Source of the DNA: Camelus dromedarius | Lineage: Eukaryota | Direction of reading: 5' to 3' | Assembly: GCF_036321535.1 (NCBI RefSeq) | Contig: NC_087436.1 | Coordinates: 85,808,001 to 85,872,000, forward strand | DNA length: 64,000 nt | In this document: one piece after another, positions 13,505 through 25,273 of the stretch | Numbering within the stretch: the stretch's first letter is position 1 | Layout of the letters: every line of letters begins with the position of its first letter | Made by a program: the position numbers and the translations under genes | Notes under the pieces: generated by a model | The model's database searches: none | Told to the model about the DNA's origin: nothing | What the model saw: the letters and a program-made list of their open reading frames with translations, nothing else

Positions 13505-14597
13505 GAAAATAAGAATATATGCCACAGACCAGGAGAAAATATTTGTAAATGATGTGCCTAATAAAGGACCATTACCCAAAATAGAAAGAACTTTTAAAAC
13601 TCAACAATAAGGAAATGAACAATTCAGTTGAAAAACGGGCGAAAGACCTGAACAGATACCTCATCAAAGAAGATGTACAGATGTAAAGCAAGCATACAAA
13701 AGATGCTCAACATTGTATATCATCAGGGAACTGCAAATTAAAACAATGAGATACCAGTATGTACTGTTAGAATGACCAAAATCCAAATCAACTGCTGGCA
13801 AGAATGTGGAGAAACAGGAATCCTCATTCATTGCCACTGGGAATGAAAAATGGTACAATCACTTTCAAAGACAGTGGCCATAACTAAATATACTCTTACC
13901 ATATAATCCAACAATTGCACTCCTTTGTATTTATTCAAGTGAATTGAAAATTTATGTCTACACAAAAGCCTGCACATAGATGTTTCTTGCAGCTTTACTT
14001 ACAACTGCCAAAACTTGAGGCNNNNNNNNNNNNNNNNNNNNNNNNNNNNNNNNNNNNNNNNNNNNNNNNNNNNNNNNNNNNNNNNNNNNNNNNNNNNNNN
14101 NNNNNNNNNNNNNNNNNNNNNNNNNNNNNNNNNNNNNNNNNNNNNNNNNNNNNNNNNNNNNNNNNNNNNNNNNNNNNNNNNNNNNNNNNNNNNNNNNNNN
14201 NNNNNNNNNNNNNNNNNNNNNNNNNNNNNNNNNNNNNNNNNNNNNNAGTGGTTGCCAAAGGTTATGGGGAAGNNNNNNNNNNNNNNNNNNNNNNNNNNNN
14301 NNNNNNNNNNNNNNNNNNNNNNNNNNNNNNNNNNNNNNNNNNNNNNNNNNNNNNNNNNNNNNNNNNNNNNNNNNNNNNNNNNNNNNNNNNNNNNNNNNNN
14401 NNNNNNNNNNNNNNNNNNNNNNNNNNNNNNNNNNAATGGAGGCTAGTTGACTGTACCACTCTGGTGCAGTATGCTGATAGAGGGAGAGGCTGTGTTCATG
14501 TGGGGGCAGGCACTGTATGGGAAATCTGTACCTTCTGCTCAATTTTGCTGTGAACTTAAAACTTCTCTAAAAAATAAAGTCAAGTTAAAAAAAAAAG
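13505..14597 (+). mobile_element. L1MC1/2-like ORF2 end and 3' UTR, partly N
   Basis: gggaaatctgtaccttctgctcaattttgctgtgaacttaaaacttctctaaaaaataaag terminus plus poly-A. Confidence 0.85.
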
Positions 14598-14865
14598 TTG
14601 ATGGGGAGCTTTTTATTGAATGGGTCAGGCTAATATCACCTGAATCCACTGATCAATATTTTAAAAAAAGCTGAAACAATCTCAAACATACAGAAGTCAC
14701 AAGTACAGTACAAAAACCTTTTATTTTGTTCCTTATTAGTAACTTTCCCACATGGTGCCCCAGCATCCTTAAATACTGTAGTGTGTATTTCTTATAAAAA
14801 ATGACATAATCTTATTAAATGACAGTACAGCCACATAAGTCAGGATATTAATACTCATATATTAC

Positions 14866-15290
14866 TGTCAAGAACTAAGCAGGGATTTGTTTTTACTCTC
14901 CTTGCAAGTCAGCAAGTTAGCCTGTCGCAGTTTTACGGATGCTAGCAGAAGTCAGAAGACCGCTGGGTCAGAGACAAAGGATTGGTTACTCATTGCACAG
15001 CAAGCAGTATGAGCAACATGTTTGTGTCAGTTCTTGCCTCCAGATCCCACAGGGGCAATGTGGCTAGGCCCACCTCATTGCAAGCACACGTTGTGGGTTG
15101 CCTCATGAGAGAGGAGCCCAGAGCTTAGGGGACACAAAGGTTTTATAATGGGCAATAAGTGTACCTGCTCTTCACTTTGGAGGGAGTCACTGTCTCTGTC
15201 CTCCGAGGCTGTGTGCTGTACAAACATTCCTGACAAGCAGCCTAGAATAAAGGGCGACGAGTGCCTCTCCCTGCAAGATGCACTTAAATG
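14866..15290 (-). mobile_element. Old ERV LTR (LTR40-like)
   Basis: gcaagttagcctgtcgcagtttt...gggtcagagacaaagga resembles ERVL-class LTR; subfamily uncertain. Confidence 0.55.
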
Positions 15291-15439
15291 TAATTATATC
15301 CCAATACTGTAGTATTGGTTGCAGTTTTCTTAACTTAAGTCTTCCTGAAGGAAGTCATGTCTAATGGGAGCCATAAAAGTTAGCTAGCAGGCACTTGGGG
15401 ATGGAAGGTTAGGTAAGCAGGCAGGAGGGGTCTCTGGTG

Positions 15440-15725
15440 GGAGGAGTAGGAAGAGAATGTACCCAGCGGAGGGAACAGCACAGCTAAAGAAAAGCCTAGT
15501 AGCCATGGAGTGCCCAGGAAATGCTAAGAGCCAAGTACAGCCAGAGCAGAAGGAAGAGAAGGGGGCGGAGGAAGGGGCTTCAGCTGAGGCTGGAGTCAGG
15601 CCCACCTGAGGGAACTTTTAAGTCCTGAGATGCCATTGAACTTGATCCTGAGTCCTTGAAATGGTTTATGCTGGGGAGTGGCATGATTAAATGTGTGCTT
15701 TTAAAAAGGCCACTTGGGCTGCAGC
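15440..15725 (-). mobile_element. L2 fragment
   Basis: gagggaacagcacagctaaag...gcatgattaaatgtgtgctttt. Confidence 0.6.
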
Positions 15726-16894
15726 TGCAGGCGGACTGGATTCTGCCCAAGGTTAATTTTTTCCACTCGGCTTCCTGCAATCAGGTTCGGGGAAATGGGG
15801 ATGTATTGAAATTCTGGCACTTGGTGGTTGGGGCCGTCCTTGAAGATGTACTGATCTGGGGCCAATCTCACAGCCCCTCCCCTGATCCCGCCCCCCAGCA
15901 TTTCAATCCTGGCACCCACAGTTCTGATGAATGTCAAAAGCAGACTTGAAGAGGGAAGAGGAAATGATTCATTAGTCCCTTGTATTCCAGGTCAGTTCAC
16001 TGAAGAGCAAATCTCCACATGATGAGCCAGATTTTCAAATAAATTTGCCTTGTTTATCAATGTACCTATTTCTTTTACTTGTTCATGAAGTGTACATGAA
16101 TTTTTTGGATGGAATTATTGTTAACAGGTTTAAAAGATTTTCATGAAATATCAGTTGATGAATTTGAAGTTTTACCTTGGTTTACTTTTTAACTTGGTTT
16201 AGTCTCACTGTACATCTGTGACCAAAGTTCAGTGTATTCCAGATTTTTCTCCATTTTGGGTCAATGACTATGGGGAATGAGAATTTCATTGGTATTTCAA
16301 ATTAGATTTCATGTATTTTGGATGACAAGAGTTTCATGAATGGTAGAACAGGTTTCTCTATTCCGATACCTTGTCTTTCAGTTCATTGCCTTTTGTATGT
16401 CTCTTAATTCACAGATTTGTAAACCAGCTAGTTCAGATAAATATTTTGCCTGTATTTCAAGCACTTGAGAAGGGATTAGTGTCTGAAATGTGAGTCACAC
16501 ACAAAATTGAAATTCATTTTGAGTTGGATTGACAAATCTGTTGCAAAACAGTTGGGGTGAACAAGCTGTGGCACACTGAAAACCAAGTCCGCGCTGCAGC
16601 TCTAACTACAAGCTGACAATCCTTAAAGGCATTTGAAACCATTTCACATACCATAATTTGCCAGTAAAATTTAAAAGTTAATCATATATTTTTAAATTTT
16701 GGCCCTTACAGCATAGTAGAGTGAGTTAATCATTCTCCTTCATAGAATATTGTCATCATTGACCCATACAAGGTCCTTCTCAGGTTTTATTGTGTTTTAT
16801 ATATTCCCCCTTCATCTCCAATCTCCACTCTCATTCCCTGCCTCCATGAGGACTTGCTGTAATGTGTTTGTTCTATGTCCTTAAAATGTGTGGA

Positions 16895-17003
16895 GAAGGG
16901 AGGGTAATAGCTCAGTGGTAGAGCACACACTTAGCATCACCAGTTCCTGGGTTCAATCCCCTGTACCTCCATTTAAAAAACAAACAAACAAACAAAATTT
17001 ATT
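16895..17003 (+). mobile_element. tRNA-derived SINE, short form
   Basis: gggagggtaatagctcagtggtagagc...gggttcaatcccc...(caaa)n tail; imperfect TSD ending gtgga. Confidence 0.9.
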
Positions 17004-17307
17004 TAAACACGTGGATCCTAACTAGTGTTTTGTATGTTTGCTTTTAGTCTACACACATAGAATGGTGCTATAAATATCCTTCTATTTCTTACTCTGTTTT
17101 AAAGATCTATCCATGTTGATCTTTGTATACTCAGTTCATTGCCTCCAACAGCTGCTTTGTATTCCATAGGATNNNNNNNNNNNNNNNNNNNNNNNNNNNN
17201 NNNNNNNNNNNNNNNNNNNNNNNNNNNNNNNNNNNNNNNNNNNNNNNNNNNNNNNNNNNNNNNNNNNNNNNNNNNNNNNNNNNNNNNNNNNNNNNNNNNN
17301 NNNNNNN

Positions 17308-17338
17308 CGTTCTACCACTGAGCTACACCCTCCTCCCT
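17308..17338 (-). mobile_element. Visible 5' end of a SINE that is mostly hidden in N
   Basis: ttctaccactgagctacaccctcc directly after the N run 17173-17307. Confidence 0.75.
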
Positions 17339-17569
17339 GGGCCATTTTACTACTCATACTCTAGGTATAGGTTGTCTCCAGCTGTCCGCTACCATAAAAA
17401 ATTTCCTGATGCAGGTCCTTACACACGTCTCCTTACTGAGGAATGAGATGAGTTTTGTGGAGTGCACATGTAGGAGGCTGATCGCTATATCACAGAGCAT
17501 ATGGACATGTAATGTCACTAAGTACTGCCAGCTTGTTTCCCTGAATTACTAACCGGTTTAAACAACCAT

Positions 17570-18735
17570 TGGAGGCAGGGCAGGGAGATGGAGGCAAAAT
17601 TTAAGGGAATGCCAACAAACTTAGTAATAACATAATATTTTTTATTGAAATATAGTTAATTTACAATATTGTGTTTGTTTTAGGTGTGCAGCAAAGTGAT
17701 TCAGTTATATATGTATATAATATATACATAATTAAAATTATATATAATTATATATACAATTATTATATTTATAACTATATATAATTATTATAATTATACA
17801 TATTTTCCAAGTTATTTTCCATTATAGATTATTACAAGATATTAAATACAGTTCCCTGTGTTACTATGTTATACAGTAAATCTTTGTTGCTTATCTGTTT
17901 CATGAATAGCAGTTTGTATATGTTAATCCTAAACTCCTAATTTATCTCTCCTCATCCTTTTCCCCTTTGGTAACCATAAGTTTGTTTTTCTATGTCTGTG
18001 AATATGGTTGTTTTGTTTACAGATTCATTTGTATTATTTTTTAGATTCCATATGTAAGTGGTACCATATAATATCTGTCCTTCTCTTTCAGACTTACTCC
18101 ACTAAGTATAATCTCCTCTAGGTCCATCCATGTTGCTACAAATGGAAAATTNNNNNNNNNNNNNNNNNNNNNNNNNNNNNNNNNNNNNNNNNNNNNNNNN
18201 NNNNNNNNNNNNNNNNNNNNNNNNNNNNNNNNNNNNNNNNNNNNNNNNNNNNNNNNNNNNNNNNNNNNNNNNNNNNNNNNCTCAACGTCACTAATTATGG
18301 AGAAATGCAAGTCAAAACCGTAAGGAAATATCACCTCACACTGGTCAGAATGGCTATTATCAAAAAGTCTACAAATAATAAATGCTGGAGAAGGTGTGGC
18401 GAAAATGAAACCCTCCTACACTGTTGGTGGGAATACAAATTAGTGCAGCCACTATGGGAAACAGTAAGGAGGTTCCTTAAAAAACTAGAAATAGAGCTAA
18501 AATATGATCCAGCAACCCTACTCCTGGGCATATATCCGGAAAAGACAAAAACTCTGATTCGAAAAGATACCCGCACCCCAATGTTCACAGCAGCACTATT
18601 TAACATAAAATTTTGATGCAATATTTTTAACGAGCTAAGTTAATGCAAAAAATCCATGATGAACCAAATTTTAATATCTAAAAATAAAGAAAACAACCAA
18701 TGCTACACTTGCCTAACTCTCAGATCCCACCTCAG
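17570..18735. mobile_element. hAT-Tip100 MITE (MER96-like), split by an L1
   Basis: ggcaaaatttaaggg...ttagtaat on the left and atgcaaaaaatccatgatgaac on the right of the L1. Confidence 0.6.
17641..18600 (-). mobile_element. 5'-inverted L1 (3' part on minus strand, ORF2 C-terminal part on plus strand)
   Basis: Minus-strand 3' UTR at 17641-18151; plus-strand ORF 18305-18616 has the L1 ORF2 cysteine-rich segment ([17 protein letters not shown]); TSD taacataatattt / taacataaaattt. Confidence 0.9.
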
Positions 18736-19049
18736 GGATGAGGAACGGAGTCCTCCAGCTACTGAGAATAGTGCTGGAAGACATTCCTTGGCCTTCAGCC
18801 CCTTCAGGAATGTTCTCAGCTGGAAAAAACCACCGTGAGTGGTCATCCAGTTGAGGGCATAGAAATGACTCATTCCTTTACCTCTGCTGGGTCAGCAATG
18901 AGGGGTGACCCCAGCCTCAGTGCTCCCTGTGGGGCCGGCTGAGTCTTTCTTTGTGACAGCGACACAGCTGATGTCACCTGTCTCCCCCCCGCCCTCCTCC
19001 ACAGGTCCTTCCCAGTAAATGTCTTGCTTGCTAAGCTTAAGCTGGGAGT

Positions 19050-19285
19050 TTGCTATTGAAGATTCCAACTTGTGTCACTTGCTAATATTTGGTATTCTCT
19101 TCCTGTACAGCATTTGTCATCCTGATGTATGTAAAATAGAATCTCAGTGTTTTTCAAAATTTGCATTGCTTTGATTATCAGTGAGGCTGTACATCTCTTG
19201 GCATGCTCTGTGGTCAGTAGGGCTTTTCCTTCTATGAACTGCCTATCCGCATGCTTTGCCCATTTTTCCACATATGCTGTAAACT
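19050..19285 (-). mobile_element. L1ME-like fragment, continuing pieces at about 16720-17570
   Basis: tttgcattgctttgattatcagtgaggctgtacatct...ctttgcccattttt. Confidence 0.7.
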
Positions 19286-19689
19286 TTATAACGTAGAGTT
19301 GTTGATGAATTGATAATTTGGTGAGCTGGCCATTGGGTAGTCTAATTTTAGCAGTTTGACTGTCAGTGGATTAGCTTTCTGTGGATTCCATGAACACTTT
19401 TTGATTAACTGAAAAATTTGGCAAATTAGGTGAATTCCATTTGGCCAGTGGAATTTTGGTGAATTGACTTCAATGTAAACTGGTTTTTGATGAATTGGCT
19501 TGTATCTACTAAGGATGTTTGAGCCGCTAACTCTCCTTACAACTTTCCTTGAGAATGTTCCATGAGATCTGTCAAACCCAATGATGGGGGGAATGTACAT
19601 GGAAGACCCCTGCCTCTCATAATCCAAACCCCCTACTGTGTTTCCTCCTTCTCCCCTTTCTACCCATATCTGATCGCTATGCCCCTCTG

Positions 19690-20740
19690 CTCAATATCCT
19701 CGGTAGTCTCCCTCCACTCCATCATGCAGAAGATGCCCTCTGCCTTGTGACCTAGTCCATCCACTTTTGCTCCTTCCTTTTGTCAGCAGTGGCACGCCCA
19801 CTGCTACCTGCATCCAGCCATCTCTACTGTTCCTCAGACCAGCATGGCTCTCTCCCGTCACAGAAAAACTGCTTAAAAGGGCTGACTAGACTTTTCATCT
19901 CCACTTATTGCCTCCATTCTCTCCTCAACCTATTCTTGATGGATTCCACCCCCAGGACCCAGCAGAGGCTGCTTTTGTAAAATGCCCGATGGCCTCCAAG
20001 TGGTAGCGTTCAGAAGTCACCTGACCTTTCAGGAATATACTTTCTGCACAACTACTTGCTCCTCTTGAAACAGCCTCAGCTCTTGGCCTCAGTGACACCA
20101 CACTCTCAGTTTTTTGTTGGAATTCCCTGATTCATCCCCCCTTTTGTGGCTGTCTGCTTCTTCACTCAGCCTCTAAATGTAGGAGCTCTCCAGGGCTGGA
20201 GGCTGGGTCCCTCCACCTGTGTCCTCTCCCCAGGGTATTGCACTGTATGCCATGGTCCTAATACTATCTATATGCTTTATTTGCTGTCTCCTCAGGCCAA
20301 GCTCACCCCACATTTGAGTGGAGAAGGAGACAGCCACAAAAAGGGAGAAGAATCAGGGAATTTCAACAAAAAAACTGAGAAAGCGTGGTGTCACTGAGGC
20401 CAATTAGCTGTTTCCTCGGCCTGAACCCCCTCCCCCAACTCTGCCTATCCCCACCTTTGCAGGTCTGGACCCTCTGTGCCATTCAGGTATGACTTTAAAT
20501 GGCATCTCCTCAGAGAGGTCTTCTCTGAGTATCCAATTTAAAGTAGCCGTCCACTCACTCTTTACTTCACACCATTTTAACTCTCTCCACAAGCCCTTCT
20601 GGTTTTCTGGGGTTTTTGTTGTTGTTTTTGTTTGTTTGTTATTTATTTCTTCCCTTTCTGACTACTCCAGAGAGAATATGAATCCCCATATCAGTACAGA
20701 CTTCATCTTTCTCATTAGGCAATCAATAAGCAAGTGAATA
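19690..20740 (+). mobile_element. L2 fragments
   Basis: ccattctctcctcaacc, tggcctcagtgacaccacactctc, catctcctcagagaggtcttctctga and a caataagcaagtgaat tail. Confidence 0.75.
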
Positions 20741-20910
20741 GATCTACTTTAAAACACTTTAGCATATACAGTTTGATTTTAGGGACATGCCCCTTCCGTT
20801 AAGTTACATACAACTGTACCTCAGGCTGTTGGCATTTTCACCAGAAATGCACAGTCCTGGGAAAACCAGCAAGTATTCTCATTTGGAATTCCATCTTCTG
20901 TACCCTACAG

Positions 20911-21756
20911 CAGTTCTGTCCGACAGAAATGTAATGTAAGCCACATACTTAGCATTAACTTTGCTAACAGCCACTTTTTAAATGCTAAGAAAGAAGCTGA
21001 AATGAATTTTTGGAATGTTTTATTTAACCCAATATATATGATATTATTTTGACATATAAAATTATTAATGAGATATTTTATTTAATTTTTTTGTGGGGGT
21101 TGTACTAATATTAGGTAATTATAGAAGTAGGGGACTGGGCAGATGAGGGAGGATGGTCCAGAAGATGGCGTTATGCCCGCCTCCAGCACAAAGGGACTTC
21201 ACTTCTTCTAAATGAGTGTCAGCAAAAAAATGGGTTAGAACCAACAGCAGCAACTGCTCGGCAGAGAGAAGAACTTGACCCGACAGGACATAGTACTCGT
21301 TGTAATATAATTAACATTGCAGTTTTGCCCCCCCCCCCCCCACGGGTTTTTCTGTGTACAGCATGGGTAAGGACGTGCGCAAAGGAAACAAGCATTCCAG
21401 GGGCAAGAGCCGTCAATCAATCCAAAGACCACCTCCAAGCGCCGGTACGGCATAAGAGAAAGGGCAAAGAAAGACCACCGCTTTCCCTTCCTTGGATCAG
21501 CCCGCCTCCCGTTTCTGGAAGTGCACTTTTCTTTTCCTAAATAAATCCTTCAAAATCTTTTGATACATAATGCACTCCATCTCCTATCTGTAATCTTGTC
21601 TTTCGGGTAAGACAAGGACTGGGGTCTGTTCCTTTTGGTGGGGAGCACTGTCTTTCAGCTCTAGTGTATCTTACGCTTACAGAGCACCTCACTTTGGCCT
21701 AGCTGAAGCACTCCACAGCCACACGTGGCTCCTGGCTACCATATTGGATAGCGCAG
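20911..21756. mobile_element. MER33-like hAT MITE split by an LTR
   Basis: Terminal inverted ends cagttctgtcc...ggatagcgcag; the two halves sum to about 305 bp. Confidence 0.8.
21109..21647 (+). mobile_element. Young ERV solo LTR
   Basis: About 540-bp CpG-rich insert in MER33 with aataaa at 21540-21545 and a U5-like aagacaaggact end; exact termini uncertain. Confidence 0.75.
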
Positions 21757-22459
21757 CCCTCAAGAGTTTACCACAAGTGCTCCTGTTAGCGAGATCTTGA
21801 TCAATACTTGAGGTTGTGCAAATTAGCATCATGAATGTCCAGCATTTTTTTTCCCTTGGGGAAACTGATGGCCTCTTAAACAGCAAGATGAATATTTAAA
21901 ATGGACTTTCATGGGTGAAATGAAAGATGTTAAAGAAACATGGAGCAGCTACAATACTTTTGAGACACTTTCCACTCTAGTGTGCACAGGGTGTAAGAAT
22001 TAGGAGGCCTATAGCTTGCATTTGCAAGGATGGCACTTGAAGTTGAATTCCTAAATGGTCCCAAGTCCAGCCATTGGTTTAGGAAGACTTACGGTTGTCT
22101 GATGCCAACTCTACGGCTAATGGCATACTGCCTTTGGAATGTAGTTCTGCCATTCTGGCTGAGCTGAAATTCTCTTGCACGTGGTGGTCAGAGCCCACAA
22201 AGCACCTAAAAGGATAGAGAGCTGCCACTTCATTCACCCGACCAACAGGAACTGCTTTGTGCTTCCTTAAGGAGTATTTATTTAGAAATGTTGTGTGTTT
22301 GGCAGATTTTTTTTTAAGGCTTGCTTTCATAGTAGTAGTAAGACTGTGGAAGTAAATAAAGCCTCAAATTTTTCAGCAGAAATTTTTCAGCAAATTGAAT
22401 CGCAAGTTTACCTATAACCCAATGGACTTGGGGCAGTTCACCGCTGTCCTCACAGCAAA

Positions 22460-22757
22460 CCTCTTGTCAACCATTAACGCTCAGCTGAAGCTCCACCTCC
22501 TCCCTGGGCAGACTTCAGCCCGCTTCCCTTGACTCCCATTACACCTTTTCAAAGGCCCTCTGCATTGCAATTATTTTTATGTATGTATGTATATTACATT
22601 GTAATTACTGTTATGTGTGTGTCCCTCCCTGGACTGTTAACTCTTCCAAGGGCAGGGGGGCCTAGCTTTTAATCTTTGTATAACTAGCAAACTCAAATCA
22701 ATGCTTTGCTCTCAATATGCATTTAGTAATCATTTGCAAGATGAATGAACTAATGAA
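22460..22757 (+). mobile_element. L2 3' end
   Basis: ctggactgttaactcttccaagggcagggg...gatgaatgaactaatgaa. Confidence 0.6.
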
Positions 22758-24419
22758 CCACAGACTATACTCCATTTAATGCTAAGGAAATGCTCAACAC
22801 GGAGTGGAGACACAAGACATGTCCTGCCTCAGTGCCTTGTAATCGAAGTAAGGCAATCAATAGACAAGAGGGGGATCAGAGATGGCCTGAGGTGACAGAA
22901 AATGGCAGATGTTGGTAGCAGTTTTCTTAACTTCTCCATTAATGAGAGTGATTTTTTTGGTTTTTGGTTTTTTGTTTTTTTGTTTTTGCTTTTTAATCTA
23001 TCATCTGACTTCATTTAGCTAATATAGTCTTTTCCATCTTTGGGGTGACTAACTGTGGATCTTGGCTATTGTCTTTATTAGTTTGGTAATGACTTTATTG
23101 GGTTTAGGGGTCATTAATCTCTTGTTAATGTTTGCAACTTTGACAAGCAGATGAAACATATTCCCCTTCATTCAAAATCTGATCTAAAATTAATTATCTT
23201 ACTTTTTTGGCTTCAGGGCTTGTATATTTTCACATCAGAAGGTACATTTAATTTTAAAGGAAGTGATTTTTATAACCTTCCTCTGAAAATTTAAGAAGGG
23301 CGCTTGCTCTTTAATCTAGGTAATTATATCTCTGGTTTTGAATTAGCTTTTCTTTTTGGATGCGCTAGTTGCCTTCAGCGTTTTTCTGTCTCTGTGTCTT
23401 CTGTATCCAGTCACAATTTGTCATGATGTCCATGCCTTTTAGCTTTTAATTCCCTCCAGAGACCCAGCCATAAAGCCAAGACCTTTTAAAAATTGTGTCA
23501 CATGTTTCTACTTTCAGGAAAGTGCACATTCTGGGGCTTTTTTGAAGTTATTATTTTTTTTTTCCTTTTTACACTGATGTCTACAGTCCCCTGAAGGAAG
23601 TTACTTCTACTGGCTTCACTCATTCCTGTTTCTTTAGTGGCTCACTCTGATTCGAGAAGGGAAGAGTTACGACTTCCTGTTCCAGGAAAAGAATGAAGAG
23701 AAGACAACACAGACCATCAGGAGGCTACTCAGAGCACTGGCCTCAAGTCTGGAAGCTTCTGATCTGTAATGAGAAGCCCTGTGGCAAGGGGTGTCCTTCT
23801 CATCCTGCTGCTTTGGCTCGCCTTGTGAGTCAGGAGCACATGACTGCCTGAAAAGTATAGGTCAAGCAACTTCATGAAATTGCTCTAATGTTTAAAGCCT
23901 GGAACCCACAAAGCATAGAAAGAAAGACAGAATGAAAGAGAGGGATGACTAGCAGACTGCAAATAATCTTGTTTATTCAATAAGAAGGAAAATGTGAGTG
24001 ACAACCATAAGGATTCCACCTATTCATCATGGTCTTTATGTGGGTTGGAATTTGAAATAAAGAGTAGCTGAAGTTTGTTTCTGGGTTGAAAGTTGAGCTT
24101 CAGTAGATCTTAGATTTTTTCCCTTAGTGATAATAGAATCACGGATTCTTAATAGAGGGCTGAACCCTGGAAGGTGGCTCGTCACTTAGACCAACGCTAT
24201 CAAACCAGGGTCTGAGAGAGGGAAATGCTTCAGGGACGCCATGAAGGTTTGAGTTAAGCTTCATTTTAAAAATATTAGTAAACATTTAAAAAGCTGAAAA
24301 GCTGTGACTTTAAAAAAATTACACATAACTCCAAATATTTGATACACCAAATTTAACACATTAGAGACCATTGATGAAATAATGTGTGCTGTAGGTTAAC
24401 ACAATAATCAGACCTGCAG

Positions 24420-24672
24420 CATAAGAATAGTTACCACTTATTATATGCATATGCTGTACTAGGAATAATGCTAACTAATAGCCAATTGACTAATAACTAT
24501 TTAACTAACAGATAAATAAATATTTGACTATTTATTTGATTATTTCTTCATAAGTCATTTAATGTCTTTCTCACAGTGTTTCTATGATGATTAAATGAGA
24601 AGATGCACATAAACTATTGAGCCCAGTACTTGGCACAGAGTAAGCATTCCATATATATTAACTATTATGAAT
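24420..24672. mobile_element. Two MIR fragments in opposite orientation
   Basis: aatagttaccacttattat (minus) and gattaaatgagaagatgcacataaa...ggcacagagtaagc (plus). Confidence 0.6.
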
Positions 24673-25079
24673 TCTCACAAACATTCCTGTGGAGGGATTT
24701 TTACCACTGTTATATTATCTGTAATTTGCTTTAAAATTCTTCAACGTAGTGCGTATTAACTTTAATCTCTATCCTCGGGGCGTTAGTTAACATCTGTAGT
24801 TCCCTAAATGTAAATATACAATCCAGGGAGTTAGCATTTTAAAGACTCTACTCCAAAACTGAGGCTCCACTATCATTATCCCTGATCAACACCGGAAGGT
24901 TTCTAATTAGCATAATGGATGTTAGAAATGACATTTCATTGGAGAAATGAATAGTGTTCAAGGATGAGTGAACTGACTAGAAGTAATGAATAGACACCCC
25001 TGCCCTTGAATGAAGAGGAAAGAATCAAGCTAGCCCAATAGCCTACACCGTTTAAATAATATTAGGATTCTGATTTGCT

Positions 25080-25273
25080 CTGAGTGTAGCATTTAGTGGA
25101 GGTTTACGTCACCCAACTGACCAGACGGTTAGCTGAGTGAAGCTGTCAGGATATTTCTGCACCTGCCTGTAGTGAAACTTGCAGGCAAGCTGCTTTCAAA
25201 GTGTCTGAAAGGACAGAGAGTTAGCACTTCCCTGACCTTTCGTAAAATAAGACCAAATGGCTATATGGTAAGT
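25080..25273 (+). promoter_or_regulatory. Candidate promoter / first exon with 5' splice donor
   Basis: CRE-like ttacgtca at 25104-25111; consensus donor atg|gtaagt at 25267/25268; unique sequence with retained CpGs. Confidence 0.35.

Noticed and set aside
13954-14553. ORFs containing X runs (also near 17.1, 36.5-37.3, 43.3 and 57.8 kb)
   Set aside because: They are open only because N bases hide stop codons
16895-16970. tRNA-Ala gene calls for the SINE heads
   Set aside because: They have degraded stems, A-rich tails and TSDs, so they are SINEs rather than tRNA genes
18305-18616. 103-aa ORF with a Cys/His motif as a host gene
   Set aside because: It is the L1 ORF2 C-terminus within the inverted L1
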